NCBI GenBank assembly: GCA_973851085.1
Contig: OZ316775.1
Span: 372,001-436,000, forward strand
Direction: 5' to 3'
DNA: 64,000 nt
Source of the DNA: Ptychomitrium polyphyllum
Taxonomy: Eukaryota
Below are positions 12,200 to 30,041 of this stretch, piece after piece. The translations under genes were made by a program, and so were the position numbers. The notes beneath the pieces are model-generated. The model made no database searches, was not told the DNA's origin, and worked only from the letters and a program-made list of their open reading frames with translations. Within the stretch, counting starts at the first letter, position 1; the number at the start of each line of letters is the position of its first letter.

Positions 12200-15100
12200 G
12201 AGCAAATGCTCATGGCCTATGACGGTTAAGTCTAATAAATAAAGAAAATATAATAAAGAGAAAAAAATTTCCGAAATTAGACAAATTGGAAGTGAGGTAA
12301 TTAGGTACGGAGTTATTACTTATTAGAATAATAGCTAAAATAAAAATAGCAGCTGAAGCTTAGGAATAACAGCTAAATTAATAATATTAATTAAAAATAG
12401 AATAATAACTAAGTTTAAACTAAAAGTTGAAATCTAAAAATCTTCCAAAGTTCAATTATGAACTGAATTTGTAACAATTGTCAAAATCTAGGAAATAGTT
12501 GAATTTAGAGCAAGGATTAAATTTAAAACAACATATATATTTAGATTGGCAATTGAAATTTAGGAAATTAGCTAAATTTTGAGTAGTGGCTAAATTTAGA
12601 ACAACAGCTATATTTAGGCAAAAATCAGAGTATGAATTAGTGTCAAGCAATCTAGAATTTTCAGCAACCAATGGGAATGGAATAGAATAGTGAAGTTCCC
12701 TATAAAAAAAGAAATAAAGAAGCCAAAGAGAGAGTTTTTTTTTGAAAAAAACAAGAATTAGTTTTTAATTCACCTCTTCATCTTTTTAAATAAAAGAAAA
12801 TTAAGTTTTGAAGTTAGGGTTTGAAGTTAGGTATTTGAATTTAGGTTTTGGAAATAGATTTTGGGGTTAGTTGACACATTTAATTTTTAGCAAATAGGAC
12901 TTAATTATGAGCAAAAAAGAGTTAAATGTTAGTACTTGAATTTGGTGTAGTTCTAGAATTTTTTTGAAGGAAATAGGAAGATAGGGTTAGAACTAGAAAG
13001 AAGAAGGCTGGAGCTTAGAATTGCAAGTATACCTTAAGTAGAAAGGAGTTGAAAGTGGATTTTAGTAGACACAAATTAGATACAAAATAGACACAATAGG
13101 GATTTTAGAAAATTAAGGCTTGTATAATTTGGCCAAAGGATAAGGAAGATACAACTGCCAAAGTGCAAGGAGGTCCGCTACCAACATAATATTGAAGCAC
13201 CAACATTGGAGGGCAAGATCTTGGAATTGTGTTTGAATTAAGATTTGAAATTTGGAAGGAAGAAGCACTATCAAGTTAATTTCTTAAAAAACTTAGCTTT
13301 GAAGAGTTTGAATTAACAATAAGGAAGATATAGCTGCCAAAGTGCAAAAAGATTCAACTATCCATACTAAGTCAAATTATTGATTAAAGTCCTTTTTATT
13401 TTGTAATGTTGATTACATATGCATATTGTTCCTACAAGTGTATACATGTATGAATGTTATCACCTTATTAGATTAGGGTGTCCATTGCTTGGAGGCTTTT
13501 ATGATCCCAACTCTCAACCGCTCCAATCCTATAGTTTTTCTCACTTACACTAGTAGAATTGCTCATATGGCTTTATACTATGTGTTACGTATATTGTAAT
13601 TGGTAAAATAAAAATCTAGATTAGACATCTTTTGTATAAACTACAATGCAAATTTTACACATTACATACATGTATAAAAGTGTGTGAATTAGTAAGTCTT
13701 CCAAATAGTAGAAGTTTTATTTAATTCATACTCGACAAAACATCTCTTGAGGTCTAACTCAAACCTCCTAACCCTACCCTTTGTACCTTATTATAGCTCT
13801 TTATTTCTAATATACCTTAGACATACCTTGTTCTATATCTTGGAATTCCAAGAGCATTGCCATGCCATTATTCTATCCGTAACAATGGCGGCAAAAGAGA
13901 GTGAACAATATTACTTTTGTTTACGTCTAAGATAGCATTGACCAATGCAAAACTAACAATCTTGTCATACTAGGCAGTAATAGCATTCTTTTGTGTTGCT
14001 TGTCTTTGAGGTGATTTTGGTGTCTTTGGAGATAGGCATCCATCAACAATTGCATCCACATTCAAGGATTTCCTATATTTTCACCTCAAAGATTATAAAT
14101 TTGATTTTAAATTTGCAAGGTAACTTTTGCCTCTTTTTTTTGGAGCAAGATGTAGAATATATCCACCTATAATAGCGGCTTTCACTTTGCATCTACTCTT
14201 GGCAATTAAATCCTTTGTAATAAAATCTACAATACCAAATTAGTTATTTGGACAAAATTCACAAAGATATTTGCAAAGAAAAAAAAAATTTGAAAAGATA
14301 ATAGAGTAGGACCACCAACAAACTTGCAGTACAAATTTGTAGCAACGGACTAACATTCTAAACAACAACGTAGTTTGTGGCCTTTCTTGAGCATTGTGTT
14401 TAATTGTCCTATCTTTTTTGCCACATCAAAATATATACTATGCTCCCTCTTGTCTCGATTGCTTCCCTACCAAAAAGTATTCTACCTTGAAGATAGATAT
14501 ATAATATTGTTGGACAATGTAAGACTTCTTATATATTCTATGTGGAGCTTGGCGCTTGAAATTCCATTTCATGTTTTTAAGACCAGATGGCCTAGGAGGT
14601 AGAACCTCTACAAATTATTCAATTTTTTTAAGCATCAGAATATGGAAAACAATATAGTCTTCTATCAAAGAAGTACCAATGTTGTCTATGGCCTCTTCTA
14701 CACGGGAAGATCTTTCACCATTATGCTAGTTGAAACGCAGCACAAGAATTGTCCATAGTGGAATGAGAAGAGACTACTAAGTGCTACTTGCAACATGGAG
14801 AAATTTCAAACTTCAACCCTAAACCTTACTTGCAGCTGCTATGACAAAGGAGGCAAATGTTTTGTCCTTTCCAGGTTAGAAAGCATGTCTCAAACAGCCT
14901 TTAAACAAATCCAACAAAGGCTCCAAGGACATTAATAAGTGCAACTTGCAAGAAATTTGCAATGCTGTAAAAGAATCCTAAACTTCCTTACACTTTCTAA
15001 AACATTAGATGGAGGCTATGCACAAGAATCTTAACATCAAGGCAAAGGTGATAGAGGAAGGCATTGCACGCTTAGAAGTAGTAGTGGAATTCAATTGAAA

Positions 15101-15250
15101 GGTATACATGGATATGGCATCCATGGCCAGTGTCTCGTGGACATTGTACAAAATTTTGGAAGAATAAACATAAATAATAGTTAAAAACTATCAAGGGCAG
15201 GAAATTATAGCCAAGTTGGCCATTATGGCTCCATCTTTCATTACAAAAGA
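12200..15250. mobile_element. Highly degenerate retroelement-derived sequence (LTR-like part, then a stop-riddled ORF)
   Basis: 13100-13160 resembles the reverse complement of family A LTR 1560-1620; a + frame at 14375-14800 is broken by scattered stops. Family not identified. Confidence 0.3.
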
Positions 15251-16829
15251 TTTAATCTTATCCGTATTTACACATTTGAAAATTATATTTTACTATGATG
15301 TGTATTTCCAACTTGTCCAAAAATAACTACATATAGCTCTTATTGTAGATAAAATAATGATGTTTTAAAACAAAAATAATAAACTTCAATGTAAACTTAT
15401 TAACTTGGAAAAGGATGTATTTTATATGTTTAATTCAAAAAGTATTTGCAATGTATAGTATTTATTGTATATTCTCTAAGATAAAAAAAACTCACTAGTA
15501 GTTTTTAATTGGAAATTAATATTGCCAATGTTAACATTATTTGAGATTAATAATTTCTATGGATGAAATCCAAATCTTTATAATGTAAATAAAGGATTCT
15601 ATTCTTTCTTTACTTTAGATATTTTGAAGAACTAAATGATTACTTCTAGAGTAATTTAAATTAATTGGAAGACTAGTTAATTTTATTTCTATAAAATTAG
15701 ATTTTTTTACAAAATTTGAAAGTCAATGTGATTGAATTTTATTACATTGTATGTTTATATGGACCTTATTGATTTAAATAGTATTTTAATAAGCATGTAT
15801 TTAGCCATTCATTTTTCAACAATCCTTTCTAATAAAACAAGTTTAAACATATTTTGAATTAAAATAGCATCTTTTAATTGGTTTATTTTTATTATAATGG
15901 TATTTTATATACTAAATGTAGTTTTTATTGACTATAAAAGAAACATGATGATTATTGTAGTCAACCACATTCAAATTCTCTCTTGTAATAGACCCAACAA
16001 TTTTTTAATGGTTTACTTATATTCATGAGGTTTTAAATATAAAAATAATATTAAACTAATGTAAAAAATGCATCATAATAATATTATAATAATGGAAATA
16101 TATTTAGGTTATAAAAATAGAAATCCAAATATAATTAAATATACATAATCTAAACCATTATATATATATATAATAATAGCCTAATCTTAAATAGATATTT
16201 TTGCATATTAAATACCAATAAAAAAACTAATATTATTTTTTCTATTAATTTGATGACTATTGAATTAATAAAAAGATGACATATTCTAATGTAGAATTTA
16301 TTACATCTAACATTAAAATAACACAAAGATATATTTTCAATTATTACCAATACTATGTTAAAATAACATCAAAAATAATGTTGAAATTGTATTGCTATAT
16401 TATCCATTTTTTTTATCAATATTTCATCAATTTTCCAAAAAATCAATGTAGTGATAATACTAATTGCACTTCTATTTATATTTATTAATTCATTGAATAA
16501 TTTACACTACAAAGATAATACATGAATGACTTATGACTTGAAATTATTCATCTATTATATAAATAAATTACACTAAGCTTGCTAACTTAAAAGATTTTGA
16601 TCTAAATTTGAGTTTATAATTTTAAATTCATCAACCAATAATACCTTCTACAAGAAATTTTGAATGATATTAATACATTAATAACAATTATACATACTAA
16701 TAATTGCTCAAATTAAATTAAATACTTAATTCAAGATTTCAAAGCTTGCATTCAATATAGTAATATTATTATGGCACTTTAAAGACTAGCAAATTAATCT
16801 TTGGAATCACCAATATATGACAATTTAAT

Positions 16830-17650
16830 CTTTAGATCTTCCATAAAAGATGCTCTTTTATAAAAGAAATAAATGTGATGTTTAAACTAATATTTGTATA
16901 TAAAATATGGATCACCATCATTGATTGCTACAAGATTATATATAAATGGTACCGTATAAGTATTTGATAATAATATTATTTGGTCCTATCATACATGTTT
17001 TAAAATTCATCTCCAATTTCAACTTACCTCAACTAGTTCAATTCAACTAAAAACAAAATTCCTACATTTGAAAAACAATGACTTAAAGCAAAAATATAGC
17101 TTTTTGTAGCATGTGTTATTGTCTTCATTTCTACCCTCTATTTGAATTGCCACATTGTTATGCCATGAATTGCCAAAGAAGGATGAGGTTGCCTTTGCAT
17201 ATAGTAGGATATCTACAAAATGATCTCTTGGAATAGAAAGTACAATAAGGAAGTTATATATGTAAAATATAAACTATCTTATAATACAAAATAACATGTA
17301 ACAATATGTTTTTTAAATTACCTGAATTAAATGATAGAAAATACCAATTTAAATGAATAAGATAATAAAGACAATATTAATTTAAGTCAAGACATTATCA
17401 TTTCAAATTAATAAAAAATCAATTTAACTTAAAGCAGAATTAAAAAAAAGAAAAAAACAATCAATTATAAGTTGTAGGATTTTTTATAAATGTAAAATAT
17501 AATGAAGAATATTATAGTGGATGAAAACTATTTATACTTCTAAAATTATCAAAAAATACTATTCCATGGTAATGAGTGCCAGATTTGTAAGTGCAATTTA
17601 ATTTGCAAACTTAAGATTTTCAAAACTTGAAACCACAATAGAAAGAAAGT
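16830..17650 (-). mobile_element. Possible remnant of a Plavaka/CMC-type DNA transposase C-terminus
   Basis: Peptides KLHLQIWHSLPWNSIFDNFRSINSF and YAKATSSFFGNSWHNNVAIQ resemble, from memory, KLH...FGAING and AT..F.G..WFS.VA motifs of such transposases, in the expected order; heavily mutated. Confidence 0.3.
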
Positions 17651-18299
17651 TTTACTTTGTTGAATAAGTATAAGAAAACACATTTTGTATTTAAATAGAG
17701 TTATTTTAATATAAAAAGCCAAAAAATCCAAAATTTTACTTTATATTCATTTAAATTCCTACTATGTCCTATATAAAATTAAAATATATTAAATAATATA
17801 TGTTTAACTTACAAAGGTAGCAAAAATACTAAGGACCATTTACAGAAAGTAAAGGATGAAAATCATATTTTCATTACAAGTCTGAATAGTCATTATCATT
17901 AAAATGCATAAACACATTAGAAGATTCTGTAGTTCTAGAAACAAAACATAAATAAACATCTTGGATCAATATGCTATGCAAAATATTCTGAAAACCAAAA
18001 TAATACCATTATTATGAAAACCAATGTTAGTGTGAAGTTTTATATCTATGTGCACACTAATTCAAGTAGAATTTTCAAAGTTAGATGGAGAATACAATAA
18101 GACAATAATATTGTTTAATAATACTTTATTAAAATAATGATATATATTTAATGATTCAGAAAATATATTTAAAAAATTTATTCACGTACACTAAAGCTAT
18201 ATTACCACAGTTCCACATTTCTAAACTTTGTTCTGATTCCAACTCAGACTTTATTGTAATTCCAACTCAAATTTTGTTCATATTCCACGATTCCTGTTA

Positions 18300-18600
18300 G
18301 TCACAGTGATGGCAATAATTGGTGTACTGGTCCTTTTCCAGAAATAACAATATCATGCTATGAAGTCAGCACCCTTCAAATGGAATGCATCTTGTAATGC
18401 ATCTTGTTGGTTAACTCGTAATAAATTAAACCAAAACTATACACATCCATCATTGTGCAGAACTCATTACAAAATTTAAATTTCCAATTTTCATTTGTTG
18501 CAATACTACAGGTGCCCACTAGACTATAGTCCCTAAAATTGTTGATGTCTAAATTTTTTAAATGCTTGCTTGATTTGCAGGTCCTGTCGATTATGTTTCC
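18300..18600 (-). pseudogene. Protein kinase fragment (subdomains VIII-X)
   Basis: DVYSFGLIYYELT matches kinase subdomain IX, preceded by VGT and followed after a frameshift by PFEG...SGKGP; no catalytic-loop motifs; stops present. Confidence 0.5.
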
Positions 18601-18693
18601 TGATGGGGTCTCCGGTTCCATATACATATCTAGCAATGTAATACCTCCTTTCTCCTCCTTATCTCAGTTATAAGATACCTGTATCCTGGCGGT

Positions 18694-22407
<3,714 letters not shown>

Positions 22408-22776
22408 TCTGCTCCAAATGATCGACCCTCTGCGCACAACAAAGGGGCTGGAATTTACTACATCAGCTTTAGCGACTATGGGAGCGCTTGTACACTATCT
22501 GCTTTGTCTACATGGTCATAAAACTATGATATTCATAAGTAACGAGGAGACGTAGGAAAGAGGAAAAGGACACTCTAAGTCAGAAAAATCTATCTGCGTT
22601 CCAGGTCTGAAGTAGCCTACTATACAAGATCCCTGTATTCGAAAATATGTGTCATCACATGAGGATGTTCTGTGCAGAGAATTTTCTACTTGAAGACAAC
22701 CAAACTATACAATAAAGACGAAAACATTCTGTATCCATCACGTCTATGGACTGTACAAGCATGAGGGCCTCATCCT

Positions 22777-23080
22777 ACCCGAGGTCTCCGTGCCTCGCCT
22801 TCCCTTTCAAACTACAAAAGCGAGTATGTCGGGTGAAAGAACTAGAATGCCAATGCAACGCAATGGTGGGATGGAACAAGAGCGAAACCCTGAAACAAGT
22901 ATAGTGCAAACAGCCTCCGAATGGGGGGGGGGGAGGGGCAGACATGGCACCTGGAAATGAGATTGGGAGGGCTCCTGGGTGCCCAAACACGCAGCACCTG
23001 TGAGAAATTCGCCAAAGCTCGAGAGAGAGAGGGAGAGAGCGAGAGTGGAGGGGCACTAAAGAGAGCGAGCAAACTCCGAG
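22777..23080 (-). promoter_or_regulatory. Probable non-coding first exon and TC-rich core promoter of the aminotransferase
   Basis: GC-rich island with (CT)n tract at 23021-23045 on the minus strand and a GG|GTAGG donor near 22776. Confidence 0.5.
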
Positions 23081-23317
23081 AGCGACGCTCGGTCTTGACT
23101 CAGCCCAGGAGCCTACTCTACTTCATTTGTCATGTTCTTATTTTTGAAAAACATGGATACATTATGAAGTCTTCAAATCCTAATTTTAGTATGGAATCAC
23201 ATGTCTCTAATTTTAAGATCCAACTATAGTATATCCAATTTCTAATTCTATCTATTTCTTTTAAAAAATTATACAATAAATAAACTATAGAACACATATA
23301 AATTATAATAGCAGGGT

Positions 23318-23590
23318 AATGTATGACTTGGAGCTTACATGCAACTCATAATAGGTACAAAAATGTCAAATTTTGACATTCAATGGCAAAATTAAACTCT
23401 TGCAAGCATAATAACTAATGGAATTTGATGAACAATCTCAAACTTTTGGAAGTGAGTGCAACTAACTTGACAAATGTAAATGACTTTATGAATCAAGTCC
23501 AATCACTTCCAAAAATTCGATGACACTCCTCAAACTTCATATACTAGCACACTTCCTTCATCCAGCCTGATTCCCAAGTCACTTGCATTT
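23318..23590. repeat. Imperfect inverted repeat (fold-back)
   Basis: Arm 23418-23463 pairs with 23498-23540 (core TTTTGGAAGTGA / TCACTTCCAAAA); an outer TGACTTGG (~23324) pairs with CCAAGTCA (~23574). Confidence 0.6.
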
Positions 23591-26500
23591 AATAAGCCAA
23601 AACAATTAATCGTTAGTTTTTACAGATCAAAAATGCTCTCTGACAGTCACAACCAGGGGCATTGCTCATGTAAATGCTTTCTTCACAGTTCACACCCATC
23701 TATTTTACTAAATTACAATATTAAAGTTGACAAGCTGGCAGTGAGCATGAGAATTCTGACCTGGACTAAGCATTGTAAAGTGTATGAAGTCAAAGAAGGA
23801 GACTCACCACCTGCCTAATAATTTCCTTCCTTGCAGAAAGACCCAGCTTCCCTCCTGCAGTCATGGATCAAGGTTTCCTTTCCAAAGGAATGACCAGAAA
23901 GAAATTGAAGTTGAGAGCACTTTTGTTGTGAATGAGGTGGCTATGATGAAAAGTCAAAAGTGACAACCGCATATACCACAATGTTGGTGTGTCTCCCATT
24001 TGACCAAATTAGAAGTTTCTCTTCAGTTGAAAGTCGGCAATCCATTTTCATACCCTAAACTTACACTAATAGCCAACCCTGAAATCCAAACTCATGCATC
24101 CTCTTTTACTATATAACATCAAAAGTTCAGACGCGCAGCAACAATTCCAACATCCATCTTCAGTCTTCTGTAGATTTAGAGTATGGGATGTTGAATGAAT
24201 GAACTCTTCATCAACTTTGTCTGCTTGGGTCCAAATTTCTCTACTTCTATCTTTGTAAACAATTTATTTTTCCAATAATACGATTAGAAAAGAAAATGAG
24301 AGCACTCACAATAAAAGGTGTTGACATCCAAATGGAACATAGACCTTTTGCCACCTTATAAAGTCCCCAACCTGCAATTTAGCTTAGTTATTTAAATTGA
24401 AAGTTGAACTGAAATTACAAAACATTCCTAGCCTACAAGCTGCAATGTTTCTATGCCTCTGTATGTTCCATTCAAATATTCTGTATGTTGACTTCAATTG
24501 TATAAAAGTTCCTACTAATTTTTTTGAAAGTCATTGCTCCAATTATTAAAAAAAAAAGTTGTAATAACTATTCTAGTAAACATGCTGTGTGTATGAAACA
24601 TGTTTTAACATTAATGATGTATTACTCACTCTTATAGTTTGATTTTAAAGAGGAGCCTTGAAATAAAAAAACCCACTCATTATAGAACTAAGAATATTGT
24701 GTAATTAAGAATGATAAAGGATTTTGTTCTATTAAAATTTCACTACATGGTATGTTTTACTTCATGAACATTACAACTCTATGATTGGATTCCTTATATG
24801 TGTAAGGTGATGTAGCAACTCCTATTACATGGAAAATTCAAGTTCCTCCATCATTGCAATTAAAATGTATTTAAAAATCACTCATTATGTATATAATTTT
24901 TTAAGTTAGTAATTAGATATGGTTTTGTTCCATGCAAGAATTGTAATAGATTTCATTTAAAATTAAACTCAAGAATTGAGGATTCCACATTGTACTTATG
25001 ATCACCAAATAGATGAGACATATTAAATGAAGAAGATCATTTTTAAAAATATTTATATTACACAAATTTCTAAGAATGAAAATAATGAGTCTATATTGTT
25101 GAAATTTTATCAAAATTTACTCATAGATAGAAAAGTTATTTATGTTGTTTACAAAAATATATAAAAGATTGAATTAAGCTAATGAACAAAATCATAAGCA
25201 TATTAAAATATATCAAAACTAGTAAATTGTAGATTCTTCCCTCTTATAATGTTAAATTTCAAGTGATGGATCCAAGAATCAAGACCTACAAATTTTATTC
25301 ATTATAATTATATGAAATTAATTAAAAAGATATATCTACAATAAAAGAAGCTATTAATATTAGATTATATTTAAATTTAACTTTTTTCCATTAAATTCAC
25401 TTTCACCTCGTTAAGTGAAAATAAAAGTTTACCATGCTAAAGGCCAACTTTTGTTTAAGAAACAATTTAAAACATTTCTATAGAAAACTTCAATTTATAT
25501 TATCTATATAAACTTTTATCTCAAAAAAACGCAAAAATCCAAAGAAAAATCCAAAAATTATGGAAGAATGCTTATGAATTATGGATTAAGTGTAATAAAA
25601 TTTAAAAATTAAACCATTCAAAATTTATAATTAAAATTTTTGATTAAAGGTCTTTGAATTATCAAGATTTGTTATGCTATTGTTTTCAAAATAATCATCA
25701 TATGCAAATATTTTGAAAGACATTGGTTCTTTATATAAACTTCTTGAAGAAGTTCCAAAGATTAGATTTTTATTATTTATTAATCATATTATAAAACACA
25801 TCCATTACTTCTTTGACTTTAGTTTATAGTACCAAATGAATTTAAGTTTAAAAAAATATTAAAGAAAATAATTTTCTAAAATAATTTTGTTGTTAAATTT
25901 AAAACAATGCTTTTAAAGCAAATTAACTTATAAACATTTGACTTTTCACAAATTATTTCAAATGAATACAATTCTTTTAAGCTTTCAACTTTGAAGTAAT
26001 TTGTCAAAGAATTTTTTTAAATTACATGCTTCAAATACAAAAGAAAATAATGCTAAAGTGCGTATATAGTAGAATGTACCATTTTGCATAAACAATTAAA
26101 TGCACAATGTACATTAAAATATACACAATGCATTATTTTTTTAGTACAACAATTGTATTTATTTAACAAGTTTATGAAATAAAATCTAACTTGAGGAAAC
26201 CAAAATATGCTTTACAAAGCTTAAAGATAACTTATTATTAAAATATTTTTAGGATATTTTTAGATTTTTTGATTGCTTTTAATATTTTTGATGCTATTAT
26301 TTTTATTACAAACCAATTATTTAAAAGAAAATTAATAACTTGAACCAATAAAATTTTGAAATATATTATTGGTGCTTATGTTCATTAATTAATGTTGATT
26401 GATTTATATCTATAAAATATGAAACAATAAAAATTCATAAAGAAATAAATATGAAGTATTTTTTATTTTTTTCAAAATAACTATTTAGCATATGACTTTT

Positions 26501-27567
26501 GCTAATTAGTTTATTTTTCAATTTTAAAATAAAAGTATACACTTGACATCCTTTTGACATTATTAAAGATTTTTTTAATATTGTTTTTATTTTGAATTAT
26601 ATTTTTATTCCTATTAGTTTTCCTTTGAATATTATGATATGTAGTTTTGCTAAATATTAGTTGAAATTCAAAAAATTGAAGACAAATTTGTAACATAGTA
26701 GTCTTTTCAAGGAAACTTGTAAATCACTTTAATATCGTCACATGGTACATTAACATATTAGGAAAAAAGTATCTAAATATTTTAAACGACTTCAAATAAT
26801 TGATAAATATTTTTAATCATTATATATTATATATATCTTAATAATACAGTAAATGACATGGAATGAAAGTAAAGCCATGAATTGTAATTAATTCCTTAAA
26901 ATGGAGTCATTAATATAAAATTGATTGTTAATATATCTTGTTGGTTTTAAAACTATGTTGATGAAGGCTGCCATTATTGGTGGACTACTGTGGAATGGAT
27001 TTTGCTTTAAGTTAGTACAAATGTATTATATTTTGTGAATATCATAAAAATTTAAGCAATAGAACGTTTGGCATTATATTTTATGAGTATTTTATGAATA
27101 TTTTCAAAAAACTTTGTATTTTTCTAAAGTGTCATAGACATTATAATAATGAGAAATTATTTATTTTGTGAAGTTTGCATTATGCTTAATGATTGTTTTA
27201 CTTTAGAGCATTTGGAAACATGAATATTATACCTAGCATTGGCCGCAAGGAACACCCACATATTTATAAATGTCAATAGGTTAATTGCATGTGATACAAA
27301 TGCAGTGGTGGCATGATGGATCCCAACTACCTAACTTTCTCCCTTGTTCCAATTCTTCCGGACAGGGCCATAACATTTGCAAGAAAGTCACTCAAGAAAG
27401 AAATGCTTGGATTTGTTGCCAAAGACCACCTTCCTGATCTCCATCAAGCTAACCTTATGGCAGAGGCTATCTAGTCTCCAGCTAGAAAACAGCTGCCAAT
27501 AACAAAGACAATGTTGCTGATGGCTGGAGGCGTGACCAGAAGGTAGGGACAGCCATGTCTGGCAGCT

Positions 27568-27626
27568 ACATGAGTCCTACATGAGTCCAACATGAGTCCT
27601 ACATGAGTCCAACATGAGTCCAACAT
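27568..27626. repeat. 11-bp minisatellite ACATGAGTCC(T/A) x5
   Basis: Five consecutive units read directly. Confidence 0.92.
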
Positions 27627-30041
27627 ATACATTTAGGTGACACTGCTTGGCTATTGCTTCATGAGTGTGTCTTTATGAAATGATGTTTGCATTCTCACAG
27701 TTGAGATGTATTTTATGTTTGATGCCTGAAGTTGTATATTGTACTTAAGGAGAGGAGCCCCATTGTTACCTTCCGGCGTCTCCTGGCTATAAAATGCCTG
27801 TAATATGACTAGTAATCATCAAGTTATGTTTACTAAGTATTATATATAAAATGGGGTGGGACTCAACTAAAGAAGTGGTGGTAATGGGGTTGAAATTGGC
27901 TGGAAATATACGCTTGAAGTGGTGATAATGGAGTGGAAGGTAAATTTATATTAGATTCTTAAAAAGTATCATGGGTAGACATGGACTTCCTCTGTGGTGG
28001 TTTTGAATGAAATTTAGGTGATTGCGCATGCATGAAATGATGGATGTTAGTTGTTACTTAGATTGTTGATAGAATAACTTGCTTCATTTTTTTGGTCTTT
28101 TACAAGAACACCTTCTAAAAATCCATAATTCATTTAGCTCAAATTTAATATTATAATTCAACTTGAAATGAATTTCAAATTTTTAAATCTATTGTTTAAA
28201 GATAAATTGGATTTTTAATATTCTTAGAAGATCACATTTCTTGTGGCAATGGATATTAGCATGCTTACTCTACCTTCAAAGTAAAACTAATTGCCGTATA
28301 CAAAAGTCTCAAATTATTTACAATTACATATTATAATAAATCACCGCACACGCTTATAAATTCTTCAATGTTTTATATTTCTTCAAATAAAACACCTTTA
28401 AACACTAGTCATATATATAATATAATCTTGATGTTTGTAACATGCATTGCACAAATTTACATACACCTTCCTACTCATGCAAAGTTGAGGCTCATACCAA
28501 TATTGAAGGAAATTAAGCAAATAAGTTAATAAAATTAAATTGGAAGAAAGGGTCCATATATGCTCTAGACTAGTATGAACATATGCATTCTACACCATGT
28601 TACATCTATAAAGAATGCAAAGTCTCATGATCTCTTATATACAACATAAATAATATCCCTAGATTAGTTTCTTAAGAACATTCTATTAAATATAATGAAA
28701 AAAACTATTTGGAAATCATTGCATATAATTTTTTGGCTTAGGGTTTTTATGTGAGAGGACTCTAGTATCAACATTCACTATTAAAACATTCAAAACTAAC
28801 TTTGCCATCCAATTTCTTGTTACAATAATAATTAAAGTCATGACTTTGCAACATCACCTAAACTTGAATAAAATTGTATAAATGTAAACAAAATTACATT
28901 CTATAGGTTTTTGGTTCTTTGTATTTGTTATTCTTGATAGAAAAAAGTAGTTCCTTACAACTATCTTCTATTCCACGAAAATATGGGTAGAACAATCAAA
29001 TGCTTTATTCATACCATCCCTTTTGTAACAACCAAAGTTGTTCTTTTGTATTATACAATAGCAATTGCATCACAATTGAAAAAAATTCTAAACACTTTTG
29101 AAAAATATAACACATCAGTACCTACCTCTGTAAATGTCATGGAGACCATTTGCTGAATTTTACTACAAATTCATATAATTTAATTAATTTGCAACGATAT
29201 TTCTCTTACTGAAGCCAATCCTTCTATGGGCTAAATTAACTAATATACTGGTATTTAGACAAGGCTATAATTTTCTACCAGGAGTGCTTTTCTTGACTAA
29301 ACTACAACATAAAGTTCTTTAACTATTTTGCACTATCACAAAAGAAAAACAATATTTAATAAGACTCTGTTGAAGGATTAAAAGCAAAAGTAAAAGCCAG
29401 TGAAGTGAAGCCAGAGTAAGGAAGGTTTTCAGTGCACAACATATGGGTGACTGGTAGTAAGAGATATTTTATACATCCCTGAATATCCTCAACAGATATT
29501 TAACAGATTCAGCAGTGCACACTAGTTTAGAATGAAGTGATACAAAATCGGAGAGGGTGTATTCAACTTTAATCGAAAGGAACTCCAACTTAGACTGCAT
29601 TCCTCAGTGGTCCAAAAATTGCTGGATGTACATAATAAAACCCTAGATGTTTATGGAATTACATAGCAACGACAAACATACAGACGGATCTATATATCAA
29701 AAAAGCTAGTAACCTGGATGGTAGTTGGAGATGCTTCATGTTTCCTTTCCTGCAAATTAAAAAGAAAAAGTTCACGACCTCCAGTAAGTACAGGATACGT
29801 TTAAGGTGCATAACATTCACCCGCAGATGCTAATTACAGTAAAACAGAACTGCACATTTAAAAAAGTTACCTCAGATCGAATGAAATAGAACATTCTAAG
29901 ATTACTTGCAGAATTAACATGTGTTCGATTAGAACTGCAATTGAGACAGGAACTTGACAAGCACATATTATCAGCATCATGGAATATTACCGATATGTCC
30001 AACGAACTGCAAGAGCAAACTCCTTCCACCAACGCGAACAC

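Noticed and set aside
27568..27626. Tandem repeat as a possible CRISPR array
   Set aside because: Units are 11 bp and adjacent, with no spacers and no cas genes; eukaryotic context.
27631..27644. ATTTAGGTGACACT, the first 14 nt of the SP6 phage promoter
   Set aside because: The following ATAG is absent and there is no flanking vector sequence; treated as a chance match.
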